64,000 bases of DNA from an uncultured Nanoarchaeota archaeon (GTDB lineage: Archaea > Nanobdellota > Nanobdellia > Pacearchaeales > GW2011-AR1). The stretch lies in contig CAVUQF010000003.1 of assembly GCA_963743615.1 (NCBI GenBank), positions 60,999-124,998 on the forward strand, given 5' to 3'. The position numbers and the translations under genes are program-made. Every line of letters begins with the position of its first letter. Within the stretch, counting starts at the first letter, position 1. Of the stretch, positions 1-9,247 are shown piece after piece. The notes under the pieces are model-generated. The model was not told the DNA's origin, did not search any database, and was given only the letters and a program-made list of their open reading frames with translations.

Positions 1-109
1 AGCAGTGATGGGGATGACGGCTGGTAAATAGTCATTTTCAAAGGTCTTCATTTGGATTTATATTTTTAGAGTGGGGTTTTCTTTTTATTATAATTAATTT
101 TAAATAGGG

Positions 110-457
110 GTGATTTTTTTGAAACTCATGATTAGTGATAAGAGATTAGAAGAATTGGCTAGGGGTTCACCTTGTGCACACGAATGGTGTTTCTATAAGG
201 AACTTATTTCTCATATGGAAAATGAACGGGATATAATTCAAGCTAGATTAATAATGGAGCTTAGATATTTCCGTTCTCGAGATAAGGGGACAAATCTTGG
301 CAAAGATGCGGAATTGGAATTTGTAAAGGAATATGCGAGAAAATATGCAGACGTTTATGACAATAATGATGGAGAGAATCTGACCTATGATGAAATATTT
401 GAAAGAGTGTTTGGATTCAAAAAGGTATATTTAGAGAATCCTATTTTATCTCCCTAA
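110..457 (+). CDS. hypothetical protein (115 aa)
   Basis: Intact ORF with no recognisable motif. The real start may be the downstream Met (MISDK...). Confidence 0.35.
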   Translation: MIFLKLMISDKRLEELARGSPCAHEWCFYKELISHMENERDIIQARLIMELRYFRSRDKGTNLGKDAELEFVKEYARKYADVYDNNDGENLTYDEIFERVFGFKKVYLENPILSP

Positions 458-491
458 TTAATCTTATAAACTTATTAATTCTAAAGGAAAT

Positions 492-755
492 ATGGACAAT
501 TTTCTTTACCATAATCTCTCTGAAGAAGAAAAGGAAAAGGTAAAAAGGGAAGCAAAAAAGATGCTAGATTCTTTTTCTGAGAAGATGTCTAAGGTAAAAG
601 TTTCTGATGAGGAACCCTCGGTGAGAAGAATGGATTTTGAAAGGGGAGAAAAAGATGGAGAGGAATGTGATTTATCTTTCAAAAAGATAATGTTTGATAA
701 TGCTCCAAATAAATCTGAAGATTTCATAATAGCTGAAAGGAAGAAATGGGAATGA
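492..755 (+). CDS. gatC: Possible Asp/Glu-tRNA amidotransferase subunit C (GatC-like, 87 aa)
   Basis: Small acidic protein with 'LSEEEKEKV...ML.SFSEKMSKVKVSDEEP', resembling the GatC consensus (LsEEE...l..il.yve.l.evd.egvep). It lies two genes upstream of gatA on the same strand. Confidence 0.45.
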   Translation: MDNFLYHNLSEEEKEKVKREAKKMLDSFSEKMSKVKVSDEEPSVRRMDFERGEKDGEECDLSFKKIMFDNAPNKSEDFIIAERKKWE

Positions 756-1156
756 AATATATAATCGCCTCCGGTCCAGTAATTATCGAGGATGGAAGAT
801 TGCTAGTTAATAGGGATGATAAGGATGATTTTTACAAACTTCCTGGTGGAACGATTGAGGAAGGTGTTGAAAGTTTGGAAGAGGCTTGTCACCGAGAAGT
901 TAAAGAGGAAAATAATGCAGTTATGAAAATTATAAAACCCCTACATCCCATGATTTTATGGAAGAATCCTCAAACAGTAGAAAAAATGTGCATACTTTTA
1001 ATTCACTACGAAGCTAAATTGCTTAATAGGGGAGAGATAAAACCAGTGTATCCAATTCAAGAAGTTAAATGGCGAGATATAGGAGACATAAAAAATGGGA
1101 AGTATAGTGTTGCACCTAACATAAAGTTTCTGATTGATAAAGGAGATATAAAATGA
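746..1156 (+). CDS. NUDIX hydrolase
   Basis: Nudix box 'PGGTIEEGVESLEEACHREVKEENN' (GX5EX7REVXEEXG). Overlaps the gatC-like stop and the gatA start, so it is probably co-transcribed. Confidence 0.7.
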   Translation: MGMKYIIASGPVIIEDGRLLVNRDDKDDFYKLPGGTIEEGVESLEEACHREVKEENNAVMKIIKPLHPMILWKNPQTVEKMCILLIHYEAKLLNRGEIKPVYPIQEVKWRDIGDIKNGKYSVAPNIKFLIDKGDIK

Positions 1157-2484
1157 CAACTGTTGAAAAACTAAAGAAGTATTTAGATGAAATAAAGAAA
1201 AATGATAAGCAAGGAAGCAAGATAAATGCCTTTTTGCATCTGCAGGATGAAAAAGAGTTGTTAAGGGAAGCAGAAGAGATTGATAAAAAAATGAAATCTG
1301 GAAAAGCGGGGAAGCTTGCAGGTAAAATTATTGCTGTAAAGTCTAATATAAATGTTAAAGGATTGATTGCTTCATGTGCGTCCCATGTTCTTGAAGATTA
1401 TAAGGCTCCTTACAATGCCACAGTCATTGAGAAAATTAGGAAAGAGGATGGGCTGATAATTGGCATGACAAATATGGATGAATTTGCTTCCGGAAGCAGT
1501 GGTGAAACCTCCGCATTTGGCCCAATAAAAAATCCAGTAAATTTAGAATTAATTCCAGGAGGTTCTTCAAGTGGGAGCGCCGCTTCAGTTGCAGCGGGTT
1601 TTTGTGATATGGCTTTGGGAAGTGATACAGGAGGAAGTATCAGGAATCCCGCGTCGCATTGCGGTGTTGTAGGAATAAAACCCACATATTCTTCTGTTTC
1701 AAGATATGGACTTATTGACTTGTCGATGAGTCTTGATCAGATTGGAACTCTTGCAAAGAATGTATCTGAAGCAGGTTTGTTATTGAGTGTTATAAAAGGA
1801 AAAGATGAAAGAGATTCAATATCCCAAGATTCTAAGGAAATTAATTTTGATGAAGTTGAAAGGATTTCCAAGAATTTTACGGTAGGTGTTTTAAATTTTG
1901 AATTGCAGAATAAGGAAATACAAAACCTAATTTTAAATAGAATAAATGAAACGGCTAAGAAGCATAATTGGAAAGTCGAAAATGTGACTATTAAAGATAT
2001 TGATTTAGCTATTGAAACTTATTATCCTCTTGTTTATGTAGAATTTTTTTCAGGGACAAGAAAATTTGATGGAAGAAGATATGGAAAGAAAATTGAAGAT
2101 GCTGCTGGAGAGGAAGTGTTAAGAAGGATTCTGGGGGGAAGTGAGATTTCCAAGGAAGAATATGGGAGTAGATATTACCAGATGTCTTTGAAAATCAAAA
2201 ATTTGATTGAAAAAGAGTTTTCTGAAATTTTTAAAAAAGTCGATTGCATTATTTCTCCTACTGTTTCAAAGTTGCCCCATAAAATAGGAACAAAAATTTC
2301 TGTGAAAGAAATGTATGAATATGATGCTTTGACGACTCCCTCCAACCTTGCTGGAAATTGTTCCATAAGTATTCCTGCAGGAAAGATTGGCGGAGTCCCT
2401 ATAGGAATGCAAATTATGTGTGACAAATTTCAAGAACAAAAGATGCTCCAAATTGCTAGAATGTTTGAGAAATCTTATTATTAG
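1153..2484 (+). CDS. gatA: Glu-tRNA(Gln)/Asp-tRNA(Asn) amidotransferase subunit A (amidase family)
   Basis: Amidase signature 'GGSSSGSAASVAAGFCDMALGSDTGGSIRNPASHCGVVGIKPTYSSVSRYG'; 443 aa. Confidence 0.85.
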   Translation: MTTVEKLKKYLDEIKKNDKQGSKINAFLHLQDEKELLREAEEIDKKMKSGKAGKLAGKIIAVKSNINVKGLIASCASHVLEDYKAPYNATVIEKIRKEDGLIIGMTNMDEFASGSSGETSAFGPIKNPVNLELIPGGSSSGSAASVAAGFCDMALGSDTGGSIRNPASHCGVVGIKPTYSSVSRYGLIDLSMSLDQIGTLAKNVSEAGLLLSVIKGKDERDSISQDSKEINFDEVERISKNFTVGVLNFELQNKEIQNLILNRINETAKKHNWKVENVTIKDIDLAIETYYPLVYVEFFSGTRKFDGRRYGKKIEDAAGEEVLRRILGGSEISKEEYGSRYYQMSLKIKNLIEKEFSEIFKKVDCIISPTVSKLPHKIGTKISVKEMYEYDALTTPSNLAGNCSISIPAGKIGGVPIGMQIMCDKFQEQKMLQIARMFEKSYY

Positions 2485-2529
2485 TTGTAGATAATAATCT
2501 TTAAAAATGAACTTCTGTTTTTTAGGATT

Positions 2530-3210
2530 ATGGATATTGGGGGAGTTAAGCTGGAATGGCTTGGACACGCTAGTTTTATGATAAAAAGTTTTGAAGGTAA
2601 GGTAATTTATATTGATCCTTATTTAATAAGTGAAAGTCTAGAAAAGGCGGATCTAATTTTAATAACTCATAGTCATCCTGATCATTGCAGTGTTGCAGAT
2701 ATAAATAAAGTAATAAAATCTAACTCAAGAATCGTTATTACTGCAGATTGCCAAAGTAAAGTTGTCAGAACAAATATTCCAATAAAAATTGAGATTACAG
2801 AACCAGGCAAAGAATTTGACTTTGGAAAAATAAGGATTTCAACAATTCCTGCTTATAATCTTACTAAGACCTTTCATCCAAAAAGTGAAGATTGGGTAGG
2901 TTATATAATCAAAGTTGATGGTGTTACAATTTATCACGCGGGAGATACAGATCTTATTCCAGAAATGCAAAAGCTTACAGGATATAAAAAACAGGGAACA
3001 GAATTTGTGGCTCTTCTTCCAATAGGAGGAAGGTATACTATGGATGTGGAAGAGGCATTAGAAGCGGTTAAGACCATAAAACCAAGTATTGTTATTCCAA
3101 TGCATTATGGCAACCAAATTGGTTCTCTTGAAGATGCAAAAGAATTTGTCAGATCTTGTGAAGAAGAAGGAATTAATGCAAAAATTCTCGAAATATTTAA
3201 CTCAAATTAA
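2530..3210 (+). CDS. Metallo-beta-lactamase-fold hydrolase (UPF0173-like)
   Basis: 'ITHSHPDHCS' HxHxDH metal-binding motif; 226 aa. Confidence 0.75.
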   Translation: MDIGGVKLEWLGHASFMIKSFEGKVIYIDPYLISESLEKADLILITHSHPDHCSVADINKVIKSNSRIVITADCQSKVVRTNIPIKIEITEPGKEFDFGKIRISTIPAYNLTKTFHPKSEDWVGYIIKVDGVTIYHAGDTDLIPEMQKLTGYKKQGTEFVALLPIGGRYTMDVEEALEAVKTIKPSIVIPMHYGNQIGSLEDAKEFVRSCEEEGINAKILEIFNSN

Positions 3211-3339
3211 TATCTTTTAGCTACCAATTTACTACAGAAGAATTTTTAAATAAGAAGCACCTCACTTCTTTAATATTAATTCAAACATCAAGTAGATTGG
3301 ATTAACGTTAGTTGATGAGGCGCTTTTTCTTTATAATAG

Positions 3340-3380
3340 TTGCAAATTTGCAAACTATTTAAACCTTTCTTGGAAAGGTT
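3340..3380. promoter_or_regulatory. ftsZ promoter region carrying two perfect palindromes that flank a TATA-like element
   Basis: TTGCAAATTTGCAA (3340-3353) is a perfect 14-bp palindrome. tatttaaa (3356-3363) is TATA-like. AACCTTTC-ttg-GAAAGGTT (3362-3380) is a perfect 8-bp inverted repeat. All lie 35-75 nt upstream of the ftsZ ATG. Confidence 0.4.
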
Positions 3381-3413
3381 TCAAAAAATTTGAAAGGAGG
3401 AAAAAAACAAAAG

Positions 3414-4499
3414 ATGGTACTAGACTTTGCAAAAGAAGCAATAGAAAATGCTGCTACTCATTCCATTAATTTTGATGACTTAAAGGCAGGAAAGGCAAAT
3501 ATCAAAGTTATTGGTGTTGGTGGATGCGGATGTAATACAGTAACATGGCTTTTTAACAAAGGTATTAATGGAGCAACTGTTTATGCAGTTAATACTGATG
3601 CTTTACACTTAAGTGTTACAAAGGCAGATGAAAAAGTTCTTATTGGAAAGGAATTGACAAGGGGACTTGGTGCAGGGGGTATGCCTTCAAAGGCACGTGA
3701 AGCTGCTAAAGAAGCTATTGTTGAGTTGAAAAAGGCTGTTGCCGGAGCAGATATGGTATTCGTTCTTGGCGGAATGGGTGGAGGTACTGGAACAGGTGCT
3801 GCACCAGTTGTCGCACAACTTGCAAAAGAATCAGGAGCTGTTGTTATTGGGGTTGTTACAATGCCTTTTGAAGCTGAAAAAGCAAGAATCGACAAAGCTG
3901 AGTTTGGTTTACAAGAGCTTAGAGAAACAACGGATACTACAATTGTTCTTGACAACAATAGACTTGTGGACATCGCAGGCCAACTTCCAATTGAAGCAGC
4001 TTTTGCTGTTGCTAATGAACTGGTCAGTACAATGGTAAAGGGAATTGTTGAAACAATTACTCTTCCAAGTTTAATTAACTTGGATTATGCAGATGTCTCT
4101 GCTATTATGAAAAATGGCGGAGTAGCTGTTATCGGAATTGGGGAGAGTGACTCTTCATCCCACAGAGTAACTGAAGCTGTTCAGCAAGCACTTACGAATC
4201 CTCTACTTGATGTGGATTACAAGGGTGCTACTGGAGCATTGATTCATGTTACATGTGGACCTGATTTGAAACTTGAAGAATTCGATACCATTGGAAGGAC
4301 TGTTTCAGAAAACTTGAACAATGAGGCAAATGTCATCATTGGAGCAAGAATCAATAAAGAATTCCAGGGAAAAGTTAGAGTTATTACAATTATGACTGGT
4401 GTTAAGTCTCCTTATGTGCTGGGAAGAGATGCAGATGAGGAGAGGAAGATTCCAGCTGCAAGGGAAATGTCTGACTTGGGAATAGAAGTTTGGAGATAG
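3414..4499 (+). CDS. ftsZ: Cell division protein FtsZ
   Basis: 'GVGGCGCNTV' and 'GGMGGGTGTGAAPVVAQLAKE' tubulin/FtsZ GTP-binding signatures. Start placed at the ATG at 3414, which follows GGAGG; an upstream in-frame ATG at 3390 is an alternative. Confidence 0.9.
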   Translation: MVLDFAKEAIENAATHSINFDDLKAGKANIKVIGVGGCGCNTVTWLFNKGINGATVYAVNTDALHLSVTKADEKVLIGKELTRGLGAGGMPSKAREAAKEAIVELKKAVAGADMVFVLGGMGGGTGTGAAPVVAQLAKESGAVVIGVVTMPFEAEKARIDKAEFGLQELRETTDTTIVLDNNRLVDIAGQLPIEAAFAVANELVSTMVKGIVETITLPSLINLDYADVSAIMKNGGVAVIGIGESDSSSHRVTEAVQQALTNPLLDVDYKGATGALIHVTCGPDLKLEEFDTIGRTVSENLNNEANVIIGARINKEFQGKVRVITIMTGVKSPYVLGRDADEERKIPAAREMSDLGIEVWR

Positions 4500-4534
4500 A
4501 AATCAAACAAAAATAAAATTAGTTTATTTGGTTG

Positions 4535-4568
4535 AACTCCGGAGAAATCCGGAGTTTTCTTTTTTTTA
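4535..4568 (+). terminator. Hairpin plus T-tract terminator after ftsZ
   Basis: AACTCCGGA-gaaa-TCCGGAGTT is a perfect 9-bp stem, followed by ttcttttttttaaa. Confidence 0.5.
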
Positions 4569-4593
4569 AATATTTAAAAATAGGGGAGATATA

Positions 4594-5034
4594 ATGTCCT
4601 TCATGGTGGACGTATTGACATTGGTCCTTGTTTCTCTTGTAGCAGTTTTATTTCTTGCAATTGGGTATTTTATAGGAAAAAAGATTACGGAACAGCTCGT
4701 TAAGAATAGTCTCCCAGGTATAAGGGAAGAAGCTATACAAAGATCACGGTCTGTTCTTGCTGGGCAATTTTCTGAACAATTGGCACCCTATCTTCCTGAT
4801 TTTCCTTTTAATCCTTCAGAAGCAAAGTTTATAGGAAAGCCAATTGATTTTATAGTCTTTAATGGAATGGATGAAAAAAATATTGATGAAGTTGTATTTG
4901 TTGAAGTTAAAAGCGGAAAATCTTCTCTGAATTCTAATGAAAGAAAGTTGAAAGAGACTATAAGGGAGAAGAGAGTGAGATGGGTAGAGTATAGAATTCC
5001 AGAAAATTTAACAAAAAGGAAATTTACAAATTAA
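4594..5034 (+). CDS. Membrane-anchored predicted endonuclease, archaeal Holliday-junction-resolvase-related (Endonuc_Holl/PF10107-like)
   Basis: N-terminal TM helix followed by 'SRSVLAGQFSEQLAPYLPDFPFNPSEAKFIGKPIDFIVFNG...VVFVEVKSGKSSLNSNERKLKETIREKRVRWVEY', collinear with the remembered family consensus. Confidence 0.55.
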   Translation: MSFMVDVLTLVLVSLVAVLFLAIGYFIGKKITEQLVKNSLPGIREEAIQRSRSVLAGQFSEQLAPYLPDFPFNPSEAKFIGKPIDFIVFNGMDEKNIDEVVFVEVKSGKSSLNSNERKLKETIREKRVRWVEYRIPENLTKRKFTN

Positions 5035-5585
5035 GTCTCAACACTGCGAGGAGTTTTCATCTTTTTATTTCCATGAGAATCAAAATATAAAATTTGGTCT
5101 ATTTCTATCTTCTTTCTTTTACTTGTTTTTCCAGAATCATATCCAATAGGGAAAACCGCTTCTAATTCCATTTTATCGGGGATTCTTAATGTTCTCTTTA
5201 TCATTTCATCATCAAAGTGACCAACCCAGCACGTGGATAATTTTTTATCTATCAAAGATAGCCAAAAATTTTCAATTGCAGCTCCTGCTTGTTGTCTAGA
5301 ATAAATTTTCCCCCTCTCTTTAAAGAGATTTGTCAATCTTGAAGGATCGGAGTAAACCACTACAAGATAATTTGCCGTTGCGATAAATGACTGCTCTGCG
5401 GCATCCGCAATTTTTTGTATTTTCTCCTTATCTTCTACGATGAGAAATTTCAACGTAAAATTACCTGCTGCACAAGGGGATGACCTTGCAGAATCAATCG
5501 CTTCAATAATTCTCCTCCAATCGGGTTTTTTGTTCTTGAAGTCTCGAACACTTTTTCTTGACTTTATTGCTTCGTCTATTTCCAT
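5031..5585 (-). CDS. Nitroreductase family protein
   Basis: 'KSRKSVRDF' N-terminal nitroreductase motif; 184 aa. Confidence 0.7.
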   Translation of the reverse strand: MEIDEAIKSRKSVRDFKNKKPDWRRIIEAIDSARSSPCAAGNFTLKFLIVEDKEKIQKIADAAEQSFIATANYLVVVYSDPSRLTNLFKERGKIYSRQQAGAAIENFWLSLIDKKLSTCWVGHFDDEMIKRTLRIPDKMELEAVFPIGYDSGKTSKRKKIEIDQILYFDSHGNKKMKTPRSVET

Positions 5586-5607
5586 AGCTTACTAAAGTAT
5601 TTTCTAT

Positions 5608-6726
5608 TTAAAAATTTATAACTCCTCCGCCAAGGACCTCTTTTCCCATATATATAACAATTGCCTGGCCCTCTGAAACTCCAGTTATCTCCTTTCCTAA
5701 AATAACTTCAAATCTTCTTTTATTCTTATTATAAAATAGACTAGATGGAATTAGTTCTCCAACTTGGCGGATTCTTGAATAAACTTTATATTTTTTATCT
5801 TCCCTAACAGGATTTATCCAATGAGGTTCTGTGATAATTATCTTTTTTCGATAAAGTAATGGATCTCCTTCAGGAGCAGCAATTATTATATTTTTTTTTG
5901 CATCTTTCCTTGCTACATACCATCTTTTGAGATTTTTCTTGTCCTTGCCTTTCCTATTGACTTCAAATCCATACCTCGGTCCGAGGCGCTGTCCTATTGT
6001 ATAATAGTAAATTCCATCATGCTCTCCGATTACATTTCCTAAGGGGTCAAGAATTTTACCTTTTTTTGGTTTTATTTTCTTTTTAAGGAAATCTTTGAGA
6101 TTTATTTTTCCAATAAAACAAATTCCCACTGTCGACTTTTTATTAAAATTTGGAAGGCCTGCCTTTTCTGCAATTTCTCTTACTTTCTTTTTAGTATAGT
6201 CTCCTATAGGAAATAAAGTATTTTTTAATTCTTCTTGTGTTAGTGTGTAAAGGAAATAGGATTGATCTTTTGATTCATCTTTTGCTCTTAGTAATTTAAA
6301 CTTCTTTCCAAATCTTTTGATTCTTCCATAGTGCCCGGTCACAATAAAGTCTGCGCCAATTTTCTTTGCCTCTTTTATTAAATTGGGAAATTTTATTTTT
6401 TTGTTGCAGTCAATATCAGGATTGGGAGTTATCCCTTTTTTATATTTCTTAAACATTTCTTCTATTACTTGTTTTTTATATTCTCTTTCATAATCAACGG
6501 TTATGAGGGGAATATCCAGCATTGAAGCAATTTTCACCGCCATTCTTCTTTCATCTTTCCAGCTGCATTCTCCAAATTCATTCTTGGTATCCGACCAGTT
6601 TTTCATAAAGACTCCAACAATTTCATATCCCTCCTTTTTCATAATTAGTGCAGCTACGCTAGAATCAACTCCTCCAGACATTGCAACTAGAATTTTTAAC
6701 TTTTTCATGATATAAATTTGGAACAA
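5608..6726 (-). CDS. mnmA: tRNA-specific 2-thiouridylase MnmA-like PP-loop ATPase
   Basis: 'KILVAMSGGVDSSVAA' PP-loop; 372 aa with the C-terminal MnmA-type domains. Confidence 0.8.
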   Translation of the reverse strand: MFQIYIMKKLKILVAMSGGVDSSVAALIMKKEGYEIVGVFMKNWSDTKNEFGECSWKDERRMAVKIASMLDIPLITVDYEREYKKQVIEEMFKKYKKGITPNPDIDCNKKIKFPNLIKEAKKIGADFIVTGHYGRIKRFGKKFKLLRAKDESKDQSYFLYTLTQEELKNTLFPIGDYTKKKVREIAEKAGLPNFNKKSTVGICFIGKINLKDFLKKKIKPKKGKILDPLGNVIGEHDGIYYYTIGQRLGPRYGFEVNRKGKDKKNLKRWYVARKDAKKNIIIAAPEGDPLLYRKKIIITEPHWINPVREDKKYKVYSRIRQVGELIPSSLFYNKNKRRFEVILGKEITGVSEGQAIVIYMGKEVLGGGVINF

Positions 6727-6760
6727 TAATCTATTTAAGAGTTACTTTTAAGGTAGTTTA

Positions 6761-7789
6761 ATGGGTTCCGCGAATGATTGGCTCGTTCCGCCTGCAATCC
6801 TTTATAATAATCCCGGAATAACTAAGGAAGAATTTGTTGATCTTCTTGATAAGACCAAGGCAGGAATTGGGAGTCTAGGGGATAATTTTGAAAATTGGAA
6901 AAAAGCTCCTTGGGATATTGATGGGAAGAATTTTGATTATCATAAGGGGTTGCATGGTCTGGCTGGAATTTTAGGTATGGACTATTCAGATGAGTTCAAG
7001 GCTATTTCTTGGAAAGATAAAGATTTAGAAGGATTTCCCTTATCTCCCCCTTATTTAGAAGTTAACCCTTTTTTTTCAGATTTTAAATGGCATTTGTCTT
7101 ATATGGTGCGTGTTCAAATTGGAAATGAGAATCCAAAGCAAAAGGAAGTGAAGGGATGGGAAAATAAATTTGTGAGGGAAGGAGATATTCTTACGGATGA
7201 TTATTACTTCGAATTTTTAGTAGACCAAGTTCTTGAAAGAAACCTTCTTTCAAGAGAAGATCGAGACGGGTGGGGAGAATTAAGACCCTTTCCAAGGAGA
7301 GTTGTAAAAATTTTAGGAAGGGAAGTTATACCTCAAGTGGAAAGTCATATCTTTTACTCTCTTCCATTATTATTAGAGAAGCACTCTTACTTTGATCCCA
7401 ACTTTATGTTTGATTTTTCTGCAGAGGCGGGAACATTTTCTAGCCGTCCTCTTACAAATGCGATGAATAAAAGGAGGGGTCTAAATTGGGAGCAAAGAAA
7501 TGGAAAGTATTATCTAGATATGAAAAAACTTCCAGCTATATCTTCATTCAACCCTGCTCAAGCAGGTTATACGGATTTGGTTGTGAGTTCGGAGGCTTTA
7601 AGGTTAAAAGCTTGGAAACTTTTTGCATTTCATGGGTATGAAAGAGACAGGACAGAATTTTTCTTTGAAGAATTTCCTGAAGCTAAAGAAGCGCATTCAA
7701 GGGCAGTTTGGGAGGGGTATACTTCAGAGTATGTAAGGAACAAAGGAATGACTATTAATGAATTCCTAAGATTTAGGATTGTTAGGTAA
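6761..7789 (+). CDS. hypothetical protein (342 aa, Trp/aromatic-rich, no signal peptide)
   Basis: Long intact ORF with no recognisable motif. Confidence 0.4.
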   Translation: MGSANDWLVPPAILYNNPGITKEEFVDLLDKTKAGIGSLGDNFENWKKAPWDIDGKNFDYHKGLHGLAGILGMDYSDEFKAISWKDKDLEGFPLSPPYLEVNPFFSDFKWHLSYMVRVQIGNENPKQKEVKGWENKFVREGDILTDDYYFEFLVDQVLERNLLSREDRDGWGELRPFPRRVVKILGREVIPQVESHIFYSLPLLLEKHSYFDPNFMFDFSAEAGTFSSRPLTNAMNKRRGLNWEQRNGKYYLDMKKLPAISSFNPAQAGYTDLVVSSEALRLKAWKLFAFHGYERDRTEFFFEEFPEAKEAHSRAVWEGYTSEYVRNKGMTINEFLRFRIVR

Positions 7790-7794
7790 ATAAG

Positions 7795-7867
7795 CGTCCC
7801 GGAGAGGACTCGAACCTCTGGCATCATGATTAACAGTCATGCGCTCTACCGACTGAGCTACCGGGAC
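7795..7867 (-). tRNA. tRNA-Asn (GUU)
   Basis: The reverse complement folds as a cloverleaf: acceptor GTCCCGG/CCGGGAC, D-arm GCTC..GAGC, anticodon stem CATGA/TCATG with loop CTGTTAA, T-arm AGAGG-TTCGAGT-CCTCT. Confidence 0.85.
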
Positions 7868-7914
7868 TTGTTTTTAGATGAAGAGATTATATATTTAAAA
7901 GTTTGTTTATTCTC

Positions 7915-8412
7915 TTATTTCAATCCTAAATCATTAATGGGCTTTATATGATGCTTTTCTAAGTATTTATAGACACTAGACTGTTTTGAACCTCTTATTA
8001 AACTTACAACTGCTTCTTGTGCAATTTTCATTTTTTCAGGACTTCCAATTATTCCAAGATCATTATTTCTTGCTTCAAAAAAACAGTCCGTAAGCTCTGC
8101 AAGCGTTCTTAGGGTTTTTCCTTTGGTTCCTATTACTCTTCCTCTTACTTCTCTCATATTTTTTCTTTTTGTAAAATCTTTTATACTTAAAATTTCTAGT
8201 GAAAGCTCCTTTTCTTTTATCATGATCGCAATTTCAGTCTTGAACCCAAAGTTTATTGCTTCTATTACCTTTTCGGCCTCATATTCATCTACGGGAGATC
8301 CATCAATAAAAAGCTCCTTGCCTCTATTAGATATTTTCACATTCAAGGCTGTTTCCAATTTTTCCTTTTCTTTTATGATGCTTCCGACTTTGTTTGATAT
8401 TATCTTTTTCAT
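7915..8412 (-). CDS. KH-domain RNA-binding protein (Dim2/Pno1/Krr1-like)
   Basis: KH motif 'GRVIGTKGKTLRTLAELTDC'; 165 aa. Confidence 0.55.
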   Translation of the reverse strand: MKKIISNKVGSIIKEKEKLETALNVKISNRGKELFIDGSPVDEYEAEKVIEAINFGFKTEIAIMIKEKELSLEILSIKDFTKRKNMREVRGRVIGTKGKTLRTLAELTDCFFEARNNDLGIIGSPEKMKIAQEAVVSLIRGSKQSSVYKYLEKHHIKPINDLGLK

Positions 8413-8855
8413 ATTAATCCTTCCTGTTCCAGAATTTCCTTGTGGTTATATGCAAGTTTCATCTCTTTTATTTCCTTAGGTTTAAACCATTTGACTTCAG
8501 AAGTCTCATCTTTAGGTTTTGGTTCTTCCAATATTTTGCAATAAACAGTAATGCTTAAACTTTGCTCGGGGTATTCTTTTGTTGGCAAATTCATAAGAGG
8601 TCTTCCATATTTGATAAATTTAGAATCTACTCCTAATTCTTCTTTCAATTCTCTTTCTATTGCTTGTTCAACTGTTTCACCATATTCTATCAAACCGCCA
8701 GGCAAACCCCAGTAATTTGGATAAGTTAACAAATTTTTGTCTCTTTTTCCTAAGAGTATTTCATCCTTTGAATTTCTTATTATTGCCGGTACACCCGGGG
8801 TTACCTTTTTATTGAAAAGAAGTTTCATACCCAATCTTAAAATCCCTTTAGACAT
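8409..8855 (-). CDS. NUDIX hydrolase
   Basis: Nudix box 'GLPGGLIEYGETVEQAIERELKEELG'. Confidence 0.7.
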   Translation of the reverse strand: MSKGILRLGMKLLFNKKVTPGVPAIIRNSKDEILLGKRDKNLLTYPNYWGLPGGLIEYGETVEQAIERELKEELGVDSKFIKYGRPLMNLPTKEYPEQSLSITVYCKILEEPKPKDETSEVKWFKPKEIKEMKLAYNHKEILEQEGLI

Positions 8856-8856
8856 T

Positions 8857-9210
8857 TTAGAATTCAGATGTTTCGTCTTTTAGATATCCTTCTTTTTTCA
8901 GCCAAGCAATCTGGTTTAGCCTGTATTTTAAGATAATGTCTGCCTTTTCTTTATCAAATTCCCATGGTTTTACAATGACAACATCTCCAGGACGTAACCA
9001 TAATTCTCTTTTCAATCTTCCTGGCACTCTACAATTCCTCGTTTTTCCATCAAGACAATTTACCATCATCTTATTTCCTCCTAATCTTTGTTCAACGATG
9101 CCAATGATTTCATCACCTTTTGGAAGAGGAGCTCTTGAGATGCTTTCTTGTTCTACTTCTCCACTTTTACCTTTGTTGAATTTCTTTCTTTCCATATTAT
9201 GATAAATCAC
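8857..9210 (-). CDS. eif1a: Translation initiation factor 1A (aIF-1A)
   Basis: S1-like OB fold: 'GKTRNCRVPGRLKRELWLRPGDVVIVKPWEFDKEKADIILKY'. Confidence 0.8.
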   Translation of the reverse strand: MIYHNMERKKFNKGKSGEVEQESISRAPLPKGDEIIGIVEQRLGGNKMMVNCLDGKTRNCRVPGRLKRELWLRPGDVVIVKPWEFDKEKADIILKYRLNQIAWLKKEGYLKDETSEF

Positions 9211-9247
9211 CGAGATGGGGATTTATAAAATTAAGTAATTGAATTTT

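Noticed and set aside
1-51. Possible start of a minus-strand gene running off the window edge (MKTFENDYLPAVIPITA...)
   Set aside because: Only 17 codons are visible, which is too short to support a call.
3211-3339. AT-rich 130-nt spacer between the MBL-fold gene and the ftsZ promoter, with weak inverted repeats (CATCAAGTAG...TAGTTGATG, TAACGTTA)
   Set aside because: The stems are imperfect and there is no evidence for an RNA gene. It is treated as an ordinary intergenic or promoter-upstream region.
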